A model generated the notes under the pieces. That model did no database searches. It saw nothing but the letters and a program-made list of their open reading frames with translations, and was not told the DNA's origin. The translations under genes were made by a program, and so were the position numbers. Positions 1 through 8,613 of a stretch of DNA of 64,000 nucleotides are shown piece by piece. Position 1 is the stretch's first letter, and every line of letters starts with the position of its first letter. This DNA comes from Corallococcus exercitus (GTDB taxonomy: Bacteria > Myxococcota > Myxococcia > Myxococcales > Myxococcaceae), in the NCBI RefSeq assembly GCF_042231735.1, contig NZ_CP102577.1, positions 3,167,281 through 3,231,280 on the forward strand. Direction: 5' to 3'.

Positions 1-822
1 GGAGGGGCCCACCAGGTCCCCGCGGGAGATGGGGTCCCACGTCTCCGTGATGCGCGCGGTCACCACGTCGTTGTTGATGGCGACGACCTGCACCGTGCCC
101 AGGAGCTCCGTGAGGTAGCCCGTGCGCGCGTTCGTCACCGGGTGCTTCACCTCTTCCACGGTGTGGAAGATGACGTAGCGGTCGCCCAGCTTGGCGGCGC
201 CGCGCTTCTTGAAGGACAGGTAGACCTTCTCCGGGGCGGAGAGCATCAGCGCCTCGGAGGCCGAGCCGTCGATGCGGCCCGCCTCGTCCAGCTCGCGCGT
301 CGTCACGAAGCCCTTGGTCGTCACCGGGCGCGCGTTGGCGGGGTCGTAGCCGATCTTGCCGACCACGGACACCAGGCTGCCGCCGCTCACGTCCGTGGGC
401 GCCGCCACGTCGTCGGAGGGCAGGTCGCCCCCTTCCACGCGCGCGGGGACCTCCTCGCCGCCGGGGAAGAACTTCACGTTGTTGCCCGGGTAGATCCAGT
501 GCGGGTTGGCGATCTGCGGGTTGTAGGACCAGACCTTGGGCCAGTACCAGGGGCTGCCCAGGTAGCGTTGGGACAGGTCCCACAGCGTGTCGCCGGTCTC
601 CACGGTGTGCACCTGGCCGGGCGCGCTCTCACGGCCCTGCGGGGCGCCGGGCGGGAGCGTGACGGAGGTGGGGCGCTGCTCCACGTCGTCGGAGATGTCC
701 TGCCCTTCCGTCTCCGTGGAGGCCGGCTGGGGTTCCTCCTCCTGCGCGTCCTGGGCGAAAGCCGTCCATGCCGGCGCGACGGTGAGGGGCACGAGCAGGG
801 AGGCGAGGATCCGGGAGCGCAT
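1..822 (-). CDS. LysM domain-containing secreted protein (partial; C-terminus lies beyond window start)
   Basis: Minus-strand translation from ATG at 822 gives MRSRILASLLVPLTVAPAWTAFA (signal peptide) then GDTLWDLSQRYLGSPWYWPKVW, a LysM motif. The frame stays open to position 1. The plus-strand ORF 142..930 is an antisense artefact. Confidence 0.55.
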   Translation of the reverse strand, partial: MRSRILASLLVPLTVAPAWTAFAQDAQEEEPQPASTETEGQDISDDVEQRPTSVTLPPGAPQGRESAPGQVHTVETGDTLWDLSQRYLGSPWYWPKVWSYNPQIANPHWIYPGNNVKFFPGGEEVPARVEGGDLPSDDVAAPTDVSGGSLVSVVGKIGYDPANARPVTTKGFVTTRELDEAGRIDGSASEALMLSAPEKVYLSFKKRGAAKLGDRYVIFHTVEEVKHPVTNARTGYLTELLGTVQVVAINNDVVTARITETWDPISRGDLVGPS

Positions 823-848
823 CGGACGACGTCCTTTCACAAAAGGTC

Positions 849-1706
849 TCAAGGCGAGAGCGCGGCGAGCCGCTGCTCCGCCTGCGTGGCGGCGGCCGTC
901 CCCGGGAACTGGGTGACGACGCGGGTATAGAGGGCACGGGCATCCACGGCCTGGTTCAGCCGCACCCGGCACTCCGCGAGCCGGAGCATGCCGTCCTGGA
1001 CGGCATCCCCAGCGGGGTAGTTCTTGATGAGCTTTTCGAACGTCTTCGCCGCGCCGGCCGCGTCCTTGAGCCCCATCTGGCCCAGGCCGCTGAAGTACAG
1101 GGCGTTGTCGGCGCGGGGGTGGCGCGGGTTCTCCGCCGCGAAGCGCGTGAGCGTCTCCACGCCGCCCTCCACGTTGCCGGTGCGCAGCATGGCCACCGCG
1201 CGCTCGTACTCGGCGTCGAGGATGTCCGGATCCTTCTCCGGCGGCTCCATGCGAGTGGGAGTCGCGGAGCCCGTCGAGCCCGAGGAGCCCTCCACCGGGG
1301 AGATGAACATCTCCATCTGATCCGGATCCGGCTCCACCACCGCCACCGCCGTGTTGATGCGCGGCGCGGGGTCCTTCTTCGGCTTGAGCCGCACCACCGT
1401 CAACTCCGCCGGGGCCATGCCCAGCGCCTCGCCGCCTTCAGGCGAAGCGGCCTCCGGCTTCGCGCTGGCGGCGGTGGCCGGGGACGCGGTGGGGGCCGGG
1501 GAGACGGAGCGGGCGCGGGAGACGGCGTCGCGGTTCTCCAGCCGCTCCAGGCGCTCCACGAGCGACGCCTGGGCGGCGCGCAGCGTGCGCACCTCCGCCT
1601 CCAGCCGGCCCACTTCCGTCTGGGAAGCGGCGGTGGTGGCGCAGGCGGTCGGCGCGGACAGCGCGACAGCGGCAAACAGGCGGAAGAGGAAGGGACGCAC
1701 CGGCAC
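849..1706 (-). CDS. TPR-repeat protein with N-terminal coiled coil, YbgF/CpoB-like
   Basis: Signal peptide, heptad coiled coil (VGRLEAEVRTLRAAQASLVERLERLENRD), Pro/Ala-rich linker and a C-terminal TPR-like region (ALYFSGLGQMGLKDAAGAAKTFEKLIKNYP...). Confidence 0.5.
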   Translation of the reverse strand: MPVRPFLFRLFAAVALSAPTACATTAASQTEVGRLEAEVRTLRAAQASLVERLERLENRDAVSRARSVSPAPTASPATAASAKPEAASPEGGEALGMAPAELTVVRLKPKKDPAPRINTAVAVVEPDPDQMEMFISPVEGSSGSTGSATPTRMEPPEKDPDILDAEYERAVAMLRTGNVEGGVETLTRFAAENPRHPRADNALYFSGLGQMGLKDAAGAAKTFEKLIKNYPAGDAVQDGMLRLAECRVRLNQAVDARALYTRVVTQFPGTAAATQAEQRLAALSP

Positions 1707-1788
1707 GAGCCTGGACGGAGGGGATTCCAGGTCGAGGATAGGAAGGCCGGTCGGAGACCGTCAAGAAAACGACCCTGACGGGCCTCCG

Positions 1789-2547
1789 CTAGAAGCGATG
1801 CAGCACGAAGTTGAGGTGACGTCCGGTGCGTCCCGCGTCCCGCCGGTGGGAGAAGAACCGGTCGCGCTCACACGCCGTACAGGCCTGTAGCACGTCCACG
1901 TGCTCCGGCTTGAGGCCCGCCTTCAAGAGGGAGGACTTCACCGCGCGTGGCAGGTCCAGGTGCGGCTTGTCCCCCGCGCGGACGACGTCCGGACCGAAGC
2001 GCGCGCGGAAGCGGTCCCCCAGCTCCGGCGACACCTCGTAGCAGCACGCCTGGATGCAGGGGCCCACCGCCGCCAGCAGGTCCTCCGGCCGGCTGCCCCG
2101 CGCCACCAGCGTCTCCACCGTGCGGGCGCTGATCTCCAGGTCCGTGCCCTTCCATCCGGAGTGCACCGCCGCCACGCGCCGGCCGCGTGGATCAACAATC
2201 AGCACCGGCACGCAGTCCGCGGTGCCCACCGCCACCCAGCTCCCCTCCCCTTCCGTCCACAGGGCGTCGGCCTCGCCCAGCGTCGGGCGCAGCACCTCGT
2301 CGGCTTCGCCGCGCGCCTCCAGCACCGTGTCGCCATGCACCTGCGACACCCGGCAGAGCGCGCCCAGCTTCGCGCCCGCGGCCTGGGCCAGGCGGCGGTG
2401 GTTCTCCTCCACGCGCGAGCGCTCGTCGCCCACGGAGAAGCCCAGGTTCAGGGACGCGTAGGGCCCTTCGGACACCCCACCCGCGCGAGTGGCGAAGCCG
2501 TGCGGCACCGGCAGCAGCGCGGACGTGAGGAACTGGGGCGTGGACAT
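1789..2547 (-). CDS. pgeF: YfiH/PgeF family purine nucleoside phosphorylase / laccase-domain protein (DUF152)
   Basis: N-terminal HGFATRAGGVSEGPYASLNLG signature and C/H residues typical of the YfiH family; 252 aa. Confidence 0.8.
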   Translation of the reverse strand: MSTPQFLTSALLPVPHGFATRAGGVSEGPYASLNLGFSVGDERSRVEENHRRLAQAAGAKLGALCRVSQVHGDTVLEARGEADEVLRPTLGEADALWTEGEGSWVAVGTADCVPVLIVDPRGRRVAAVHSGWKGTDLEISARTVETLVARGSRPEDLLAAVGPCIQACCYEVSPELGDRFRARFGPDVVRAGDKPHLDLPRAVKSSLLKAGLKPEHVDVLQACTACERDRFFSHRRDAGRTGRHLNFVLHRF

Positions 2548-2686
2548 GGGCGTACTTCCTAACCCCGGGCGGACTTCCGGGCGCGGTCTTCAGGAGGGCG
2601 TCCACCGTGCCATGGGTGCAGCCCCTGAAAACAGGAACACGCTGGGGAACCACACTCCAGGTTCAATATTTCGACGCCAATGCGTT

Positions 2687-2722
2687 TGACAGGGCGTGTC
2701 ATGCCCCTGACAATTTTCAACA
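2687..2722 (+). promoter_or_regulatory. Candidate sigma70-type promoter (TTGACA-N17-GACAAT) in an AT-rich island upstream of the diguanylate cyclase
   Basis: TTGACA at 2687-2692 with a -10-like hexamer 17 nt downstream, inside the only AT-rich stretch (2650-2730) of this GC-rich region. Confidence 0.3.
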
Positions 2723-2766
2723 CTCCAGCACTCGCGGACAGAACGCGAAGGCCCGGAGCACACTGC

Positions 2767-4701
2767 GCCCCGCACATGGCCCTCGGTTCCGAGACGATTG
2801 GCAGGAAGCTCTTGTGGAGCATCGCCCTGCCCGGGTTGGTGGTGGCGCTCCTGGGCGTGGGTCACTTCTCACGCGAGGCACGACAGGCGGTGCGCGAAGG
2901 CACGCACCTGGAGGCGCTCGCGCTGGCGGAGTCCGTCGCCTCCACCTTCACGCTGCCGCAGGCGCCGGGCGCGGCTCCGCATGGCGCGGTGGCGGACGTG
3001 CTGTCGTCGGACACGCGGCTGTTCCGCTCCGTGGAGGACCTGCGGGTGCTGACGCCGGACGGGCGCATCCGCTGGAGCCGGCGGCCGGCCGAGCAGGGCC
3101 ATCCGCACCCGGAGGCCGCGCGGCTGTCCGCGACGGGGCCGGAGACGGCGCGCTCCAGCGCGCACGGCACGGAGGTGGTGCGGCCCCTGGGCGGCCCGGA
3201 GTGCTCCGGCTGTCACACCGGCGAGGCCGCGCAGCGCATGGGCGTGCTCCAGGTGCGCCTGGGCGAGCCCGCGCTGCACCGCCAGCTCCAGACGGTGTTC
3301 CAGGACGCGCTGGGCGCGATGGTGTTCTTCGTGGGCATCCTGGCGCTCGTCACCTGGCTGTCGCTGCGCTTCGTGCTCACCGCGCCGCTCAAGCGGCTGA
3401 GCGAGGCCATGGGGCGCGCGGCGGACGGCGACCTGCTGGTGCGCGCCGAAGCGCGGGGCACGGATGAGATTTCGCGGCTGGGCGCGGCCTTCAACCAGAT
3501 GCTCGCGCGGCTCACCTCCATGAAGGTGGAGGAGATCGACACGCACCGCGACCTCCAGCTGGTGAAGGAGAAGCTGGCGCTGAAGGACGAGCTGGAGGAG
3601 CGCCTGCGGGAGCTGTCGCTGCTGTACGACGTGGCGCGCTCGCTCAACACCACGCTGGAGCTGGACGAGCTCCTGTCGCGCATCACGCGCATGGTGGTGG
3701 AGCGGCTGCACATCCCCGACTTCTCCATCATGCTCCTCAACGAGGAGGGCCTGCTGGAGGTGAAGCACGCGTGGCCGCAGGGCCGGGGCCTGGAGGGCCA
3801 CACCTTCGCCGTGGGCGAGGGCGCATGCGGCCGGGCCGCCCAGACGCGCAAGGCGGTGTACCTGCCGGACCTGTCGGACGGCACCAGCATCTTCGCGCGG
3901 CGCGGCCTGCGCGGCGGCTCCGAGCAGGGCACGCTCCTGGCCGTGCCCATCGTGCACGCGGAGACCCTGCTGGGCGTCATCAACTTCCAGCGCCCGGAGA
4001 CGGCGAGCATCTCCGCGGAGGAGATCGAGCTCTTCACCGCCGTGGCGGACCAGGCCGCGACGGCGGTGACGAACGCGCGCCTGCACGCGGAGACGGTGAA
4101 GCTCACGCTGACGGACTCGCTCACGGGCGTGCCCAACCGCCGCCACCTCTTCCAGCGGCTGGACCTGGAGCTGGCGCGGGCCCAGCGCTTCGGCGTGCCG
4201 CTGGCCCTGCTGATGGTGGACGTGGACCACTTCAAGCGGCTCAACGACCTGGCCGGCCACCGCGCCGGAGACGAGACGCTGCGCCGGGTCTCCGACGTGC
4301 TGCGCACGCGCGCGCGCAAGGTGGACACGCTGGGGCGCTACGGCGGCGAGGAGTTCGTGCTGCTCCTGCCGCAGGTGTCCAAGGCCACGGCGGTGGAGGT
4401 CGCGGAGACGCTGCGCCGCGCGGTGGCGGACGCCGTCACGCTCAACCGTCCGGGGCTGCCCGGTGGGCACGTCACGGTGTCCATCGGCGTCTCGCACTTC
4501 CCCACGGACGCGACGTCGCAGGACATGCTGGTGGACTGCGCGGACTCGGCGCTCTATTGCAGCAAGCGGACGGGGCGCAACCGGGTGACGGCCTTCGAGC
4601 CCGGCATGGAGGTGCACCCCGGCCGCGAGCGCAGCATCACCGCGCCGCCCACGGACGCGCCCACCACGCCTCCCGCGCCCCCGGGCATCGCGAAGGCCTG
4701 A
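2767..4701 (+). CDS. Membrane sensor diguanylate cyclase: TM - periplasmic domain with CXXCH heme-c motif - TM - HAMP - GAF - GGDEF
   Basis: Two TM helices (LLWSIALPGLVVALLGV; AMVFFVGILALVTWLSLRFVL) flank a ~150-aa domain containing ECSGCH. A HAMP-like linker and a GAF region follow. GGDEF hallmarks are present (RYGGEEF active site, RxxD I-site-like). Start chosen at ATG 2767 downstream of the promoter-like island; ORF opens at 2680. Confidence 0.8.
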   Translation, partial: APHMALGSETIGRKLLWSIALPGLVVALLGVGHFSREARQAVREGTHLEALALAESVASTFTLPQAPGAAPHGAVADVLSSDTRLFRSVEDLRVLTPDGRIRWSRRPAEQGHPHPEAARLSATGPETARSSAHGTEVVRPLGGPECSGCHTGEAAQRMGVLQVRLGEPALHRQLQTVFQDALGAMVFFVGILALVTWLSLRFVLTAPLKRLSEAMGRAADGDLLVRAEARGTDEISRLGAAFNQMLARLTSMKVEEIDTHRDLQLVKEKLALKDELEERLRELSLLYDVARSLNTTLELDELLSRITRMVVERLHIPDFSIMLLNEEGLLEVKHAWPQGRGLEGHTFAVGEGACGRAAQTRKAVYLPDLSDGTSIFARRGLRGGSEQGTLLAVPIVHAETLLGVINFQRPETASISAEEIELFTAVADQAATAVTNARLHAETVKLTLTDSLTGVPNRRHLFQRLDLELARAQRFGVPLALLMVDVDHFKRLNDLAGHRAGDETLRRVSDVLRTRARKVDTLGRYGGEEFVLLLPQVSKATAVEVAETLRRAVADAVTLNRPGLPGGHVTVSIGVSHFPTDATSQDMLVDCADSALYCSKRTGRNRVTAFEPGMEVHPGRERSITAPPTDAPTTPPAPPGIAKA

Positions 4702-4737
4702 GCGCAGGGCTTGGGAAGCGCCCTGCCCCGCTGACGC

Positions 4738-5331
4738 CTACCGCTGCACGAGCGTGCGGACCACCGGCAGCATCAGGTCCGCCCACTCGTCGTAGCCCGC
4801 CGAGGACGGGTGGAAGCCGTCCGAGCAGAAGAAGTCCGGCCGCCGGGGGATCATCTCGCGGCTGGCCTCGTAGAGGTCCACCAGGTGCAGGCCGTGCGCG
4901 CGGGCCACCGAGGCGATGGCTTCGTTGAACGGCTCGATGCGCCCTTCGTACAGCGCGCTGGGCACCATCTTCGCGATGGGCGCGAGCGCCATGTCCGCGA
5001 TGTTCACCACGACCATGGACGCGCCGGTCTGCTTCAGCCGCCGGGCGATGCGGTCCAGGTCGTCCTGGAACTCCGCCACCTCGGTGCCTCGCCAGATGTC
5101 GTTGGTGCCCACGCCCAGGGTGATGAGCGTGGGCTGCAACGCGATGACGCGCTTGAGGGCGTTGTTGACGACGTCGCGCACGCGCGCGCCGCTCTGCCCC
5201 AGGTTGGTATGGCCCACGGGGAGGCCGCCCTGCCGGAGGCGGGAGGCGAGCCGGTCGGGATAGCCCCCGCCCTGTGACGCCCCCACCCCCACCGCCGTGC
5301 TGTCACCCAACGAGACGTAGTTGATGCTCAT
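4738..5331 (-). CDS. SGNH/GDSL family hydrolase
   Basis: GDS motif near the N-terminus (YVSLGDSTAVGVG), conserved G/N blocks and C-terminal DGFHPS (DxxH). Confidence 0.7.
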   Translation of the reverse strand: MSINYVSLGDSTAVGVGASQGGGYPDRLASRLRQGGLPVGHTNLGQSGARVRDVVNNALKRVIALQPTLITLGVGTNDIWRGTEVAEFQDDLDRIARRLKQTGASMVVVNIADMALAPIAKMVPSALYEGRIEPFNEAIASVARAHGLHLVDLYEASREMIPRRPDFFCSDGFHPSSAGYDEWADLMLPVVRTLVQR

Positions 5332-5394
5332 CGACGTTCGTCCACCCCCGTGTTCAAGCCGCTGTCGTGAATCCAGAAGCCCTGCCGTCCGGCC

Positions 5395-6903
5395 TCAGGG
5401 CACCGTCAGCGCGCGCAGCAGGCGCCCGCCGCCGGGACCGGCCACGCGCAAGAGCAGCGTGCTGCCCTTGGGCGCGGCGCGGATGGCGGCGGCCAGCTCC
5501 TTCGCGCTGGCGATGGGCTTGCGGTTCGCCTCCACCACCAGCATGCCCGGGGCCAGCTGCGCGCGGTCCGCGGGCGAGCCCGGGACGATGTCGGTGATGA
5601 GCGCGCCGGCGCGCTCGGTGAAGCCCGCCTGGGACGCCGTGCGGGCATCCAGGTCCTGGAGGGACACGCCCACGCGGCGCGAGCTGTCCTGCTCGTCGGC
5701 GGCCTCCGGCTTCTTCTTGGTCAGCCCCTCCAGGTCCGGCCGGGTGCCCATCGTCACCTTGACGTCCTGCTTCTTGCCGTCGCGGTAGAGGCTCAGCGTC
5801 GTGACGCTGTTGGGCTTCTTGAGCGCCACGGTGCGGGTGAGCTCGCTGTCGGAGCGCACGGGCTTGCCGTCCACGGCCACCACCACGTCGTCCGCCTTGA
5901 GCCCGGCCTTCGCCGCGGGGGAGCCGGGGTTGATCTGCGTGAGGATGGCGCCCTCGCTCACCGGCAGCTTCAGCGCCTGCCCCAGCTCGCGCGTGAGCGG
6001 CTGGATGCCCACGCCCAGCCAGCCGCGCGTGACGGAGCCCTCCTTCTCCAGCTGCGGCAGGAGCGCCTTGATGAGGTTGCTGGGCACGGAGAAGCCGATG
6101 CCCGTGCCGCCGCCGACGATGGCGGTGTTGATGCCCACCACCTCGCCCTTCATGTTGAAGAGCGGGCCGCCGGAGTTGCCGGGGTTGATGGCCGCGTCCG
6201 TCTGCAGGAAGTCGTCGTACACGCTGGCGCCAATCTCCCGGGCGCGCGCGGACAGGATGCCCACGCTCACGCTGGAGGCCAGGCCGAACGGGTTGCCGAT
6301 GGCCAGCACCCAGTCACCGACGCGCACGGCGTCGGAGTCCCCCAGCTTCACCGAGGGGAGCTGATCCACCTTCTCCTTCACCTTCACCACGGCCACGTCG
6401 GTGAGCGGGTCGCGCCCCACCACCTCGCCCGTGAACGAACGGCCGTCGTCCAGGCGGATGGTGATGGTGACCGCGTCCTCGATGACGTGGTTGTTGGTGA
6501 GCACCAGGCCCTTGGGGTCGATGATGAAGCCGGACCCGGCGCCCTGGCGGATCTGCTCGCGATCGCCGCGGCCGCGGCCCCGCCCGTTGCCCCCGAAGAA
6601 GCGGTCGAAGAGGGGGTTGTCCTCCATGCCCTCGGGCACTTCGGGACGGGCCTGCACGTCCACGTTCACCACGGCGGACTTCACCGACTCCACCAGCGGC
6701 GCCAGCGAGGCCAGCGACTGGGCCTCACGCGTCGCGGGCTGGAGGTTGCCGGCCTGCCCGGAGGCCGCCTGCTGCGTCTTGGGCGCGGACGGCTGGGGAG
6801 CGGGGGCCTGCGCGAGCGCGAGCGTGGGTGACACCAGCACCAGCACGGCGGCCACGAGCTTGCGACGGAACGGAGGGAGCGTGTGGGTCATGGGTTCCTT
6901 CAA
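5395..6903 (-). CDS. degP: Periplasmic serine endoprotease DegP/HtrA (Do family) with two PDZ domains
   Basis: Signal peptide, trypsin-like catalytic motifs (TNNHV, GNSGGPL) and two C-terminal PDZ-like segments; 502 aa. Confidence 0.85.
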   Translation of the reverse strand: MKEPMTHTLPPFRRKLVAAVLVLVSPTLALAQAPAPQPSAPKTQQAASGQAGNLQPATREAQSLASLAPLVESVKSAVVNVDVQARPEVPEGMEDNPLFDRFFGGNGRGRGRGDREQIRQGAGSGFIIDPKGLVLTNNHVIEDAVTITIRLDDGRSFTGEVVGRDPLTDVAVVKVKEKVDQLPSVKLGDSDAVRVGDWVLAIGNPFGLASSVSVGILSARAREIGASVYDDFLQTDAAINPGNSGGPLFNMKGEVVGINTAIVGGGTGIGFSVPSNLIKALLPQLEKEGSVTRGWLGVGIQPLTRELGQALKLPVSEGAILTQINPGSPAAKAGLKADDVVVAVDGKPVRSDSELTRTVALKKPNSVTTLSLYRDGKKQDVKVTMGTRPDLEGLTKKKPEAADEQDSSRRVGVSLQDLDARTASQAGFTERAGALITDIVPGSPADRAQLAPGMLVVEANRKPIASAKELAAAIRAAPKGSTLLLRVAGPGGGRLLRALTVP

Positions 6904-6993
6904 CCTAAAGCGGAAACGAAGCCCCGCAACCGGAACGACATTGCCCGGTGGCGCCAGGTGAACGCCCGGCCCGGCCGCCTGTTCCCGGAGCGT

Positions 6994-8613
6994 TCAAACG
7001 GGCCGGTAGACGCGGTAGTCCAGCTCGGGGAACAGGTTGTCGCGGGCCTCCACGTGGGATAGCCAGGCCTCGTCGACGGTGCCGGCGCGCACCTGGTCGT
7101 GCAGGCGGAGGAAGCGCTGCAGGTGCTCCTTCGTGCGGCGCACGGCGTAGTCCACCATGGTGCCGGTCTTCATGATGAAGGCCCAGTCGGAGGACTGCGC
7201 GAGGAGCAGCTCGCGCGCGGCCTGGTTCAGGGCCCGGCGCTTGAGGGACGACGCGTCCGGGAAGTCCCGGGCCAGCTCCACCATCTGCCGCGCGGCGTGG
7301 TTCAAGTGCCGGTAGATCCAGTCGTTGGTCCCGTCCAGCCACATGTTCGCGTAGCCGCCCGCGCCCCAGGACGACATGGGCGGCGTGGCCACCTGGTTCT
7401 CCGGGTGCTCGCGCAGGTCGTCCAGCGGGCTGATGAGCTGGAAGCGGCTGGGGTTGCGCGCGGCCTGGCGGATGAGCGCGTCGATGAAGTGGGGACCCTC
7501 GAACCACCAGTGGCCGAAGAGCTCCGCGTCATACGGCGCGACGACCACGGGCTTGCGGCCGCCCATGCGCGACGCGAGGTATTCGAACTGGCGCTCGCGG
7601 TTGAAGAGGAAGTTGCCCGCGTGGACCCAGGCGCGCTCGCGGGCCGCGGCCGGGTTGTAGGGCTGCTTGTCGTTCGTCTTGCCGGTGATGCGGAAGTACT
7701 TGAAGCCCGTGTTCTTGCGGTCGCCGGTGGGCTGGATGAAGGGCCGGATGTAGTCCAGGTCCAGGTCCCAGCCGATGTCCCGGTAGAACTCGCGGTAGAC
7801 GGGGTCGCCGGGGTAGCCGTGCTCGGTGCTCCACACCTGCTGGCTGCTCTCCGGATCTCTCGCGAAGGCGGCGACGCCGGGCTCCGTGAAGACGGGCGCG
7901 TAGGGGCCGTGCAGCGGACGGGGCGTGGCGTCCGTGAGCGCGTGCGTGTCGACGAAGAAGTAGCGGATGCGCTCGGCGGAGAGGACGCGCTCCAGGCCCG
8001 GGTAGTAGCCGCACTCGGCCAGCCAGATGCCGGCGGGGTCGCGGCCGAAGTTCTGGCGGTAGTGGTTCGCCGCGACGGTGACCTGGGCGCGCACGGCCTC
8101 CGGCGTCTGCTGCATCAGCGGCAGGAAGCCGTGGGTCGCGTTGCAGGTGAGGATGTCCAGGTGGCCCGCGTCCTGGAGCCTGCGGAACGCGGCCACGAGG
8201 TCGCGCTTGTAGTGGTTGTGGTACGCGAGGCGCAGCGATTCGAAGTGGTCGCGGTGGAAGACGGCCAGCGGGTGGAAGGTGGCGTCGTCGCGGGTGCGGT
8301 GCACCTCGCGGGCGCCCAGCTCGCAGAGCAGGTCCAGCCGCCGGGCGTAGCGCTCACGCAAGAGGTCGTCGTTGAGCATCGACACCAGCGTGGGCGAGAG
8401 CGTCATCGTCACCCGGAAGGGGACGCGGTCCTCGACCAGCGTGTCGAACACGCGCAGGAGCGGCAGGTACGTCTCGGAGATGGCCTCGTAGAGCCAGTCC
8501 TCCTCGAGGAAGTCCTCGTACTCAGGGTGGCGGACGAACGGCAGGTGCGCGTGAAGGACCAGCGCGAGGGAGCCCAGGCTCATAGGTCGGTCGGAGAAGC
8601 CGTGCGGGTTCAC
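6994..8613 (-). CDS. Glycoside hydrolase family 57 protein (1,4-alpha-glucan branching enzyme type, DUF1957 C-terminal)
   Basis: N-terminal LALVLHAHLPFVRHPEYEDFLEEDWLYEAISETYLPLL is the GH57 signature; 539 aa. Start ATG overlaps the upstream stop (ATGA coupling). Confidence 0.75.
   Translation of the reverse strand: MNPHGFSDRPMSLGSLALVLHAHLPFVRHPEYEDFLEEDWLYEAISETYLPLLRVFDTLVEDRVPFRVTMTLSPTLVSMLNDDLLRERYARRLDLLCELGAREVHRTRDDATFHPLAVFHRDHFESLRLAYHNHYKRDLVAAFRRLQDAGHLDILTCNATHGFLPLMQQTPEAVRAQVTVAANHYRQNFGRDPAGIWLAECGYYPGLERVLSAERIRYFFVDTHALTDATPRPLHGPYAPVFTEPGVAAFARDPESSQQVWSTEHGYPGDPVYREFYRDIGWDLDLDYIRPFIQPTGDRKNTGFKYFRITGKTNDKQPYNPAAARERAWVHAGNFLFNRERQFEYLASRMGGRKPVVVAPYDAELFGHWWFEGPHFIDALIRQAARNPSRFQLISPLDDLREHPENQVATPPMSSWGAGGYANMWLDGTNDWIYRHLNHAARQMVELARDFPDASSLKRRALNQAARELLLAQSSDWAFIMKTGTMVDYAVRRTKEHLQRFLRLHDQVRAGTVDEAWLSHVEARDNLFPELDYRVYRPV

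Noticed and set aside
142-930. 262-aa plus-strand ORF at the window start
   Set aside because: Antisense to a LysM-domain gene whose minus-strand translation shows a signal peptide and a LysM motif; the plus-frame product is low complexity.
6904-6993. SigmaE-type promoter (GGAAC...TTCAC) upstream of degP on the minus strand
   Set aside because: Spacing (18 nt) and the -10 match are weak; noted only as a possibility.
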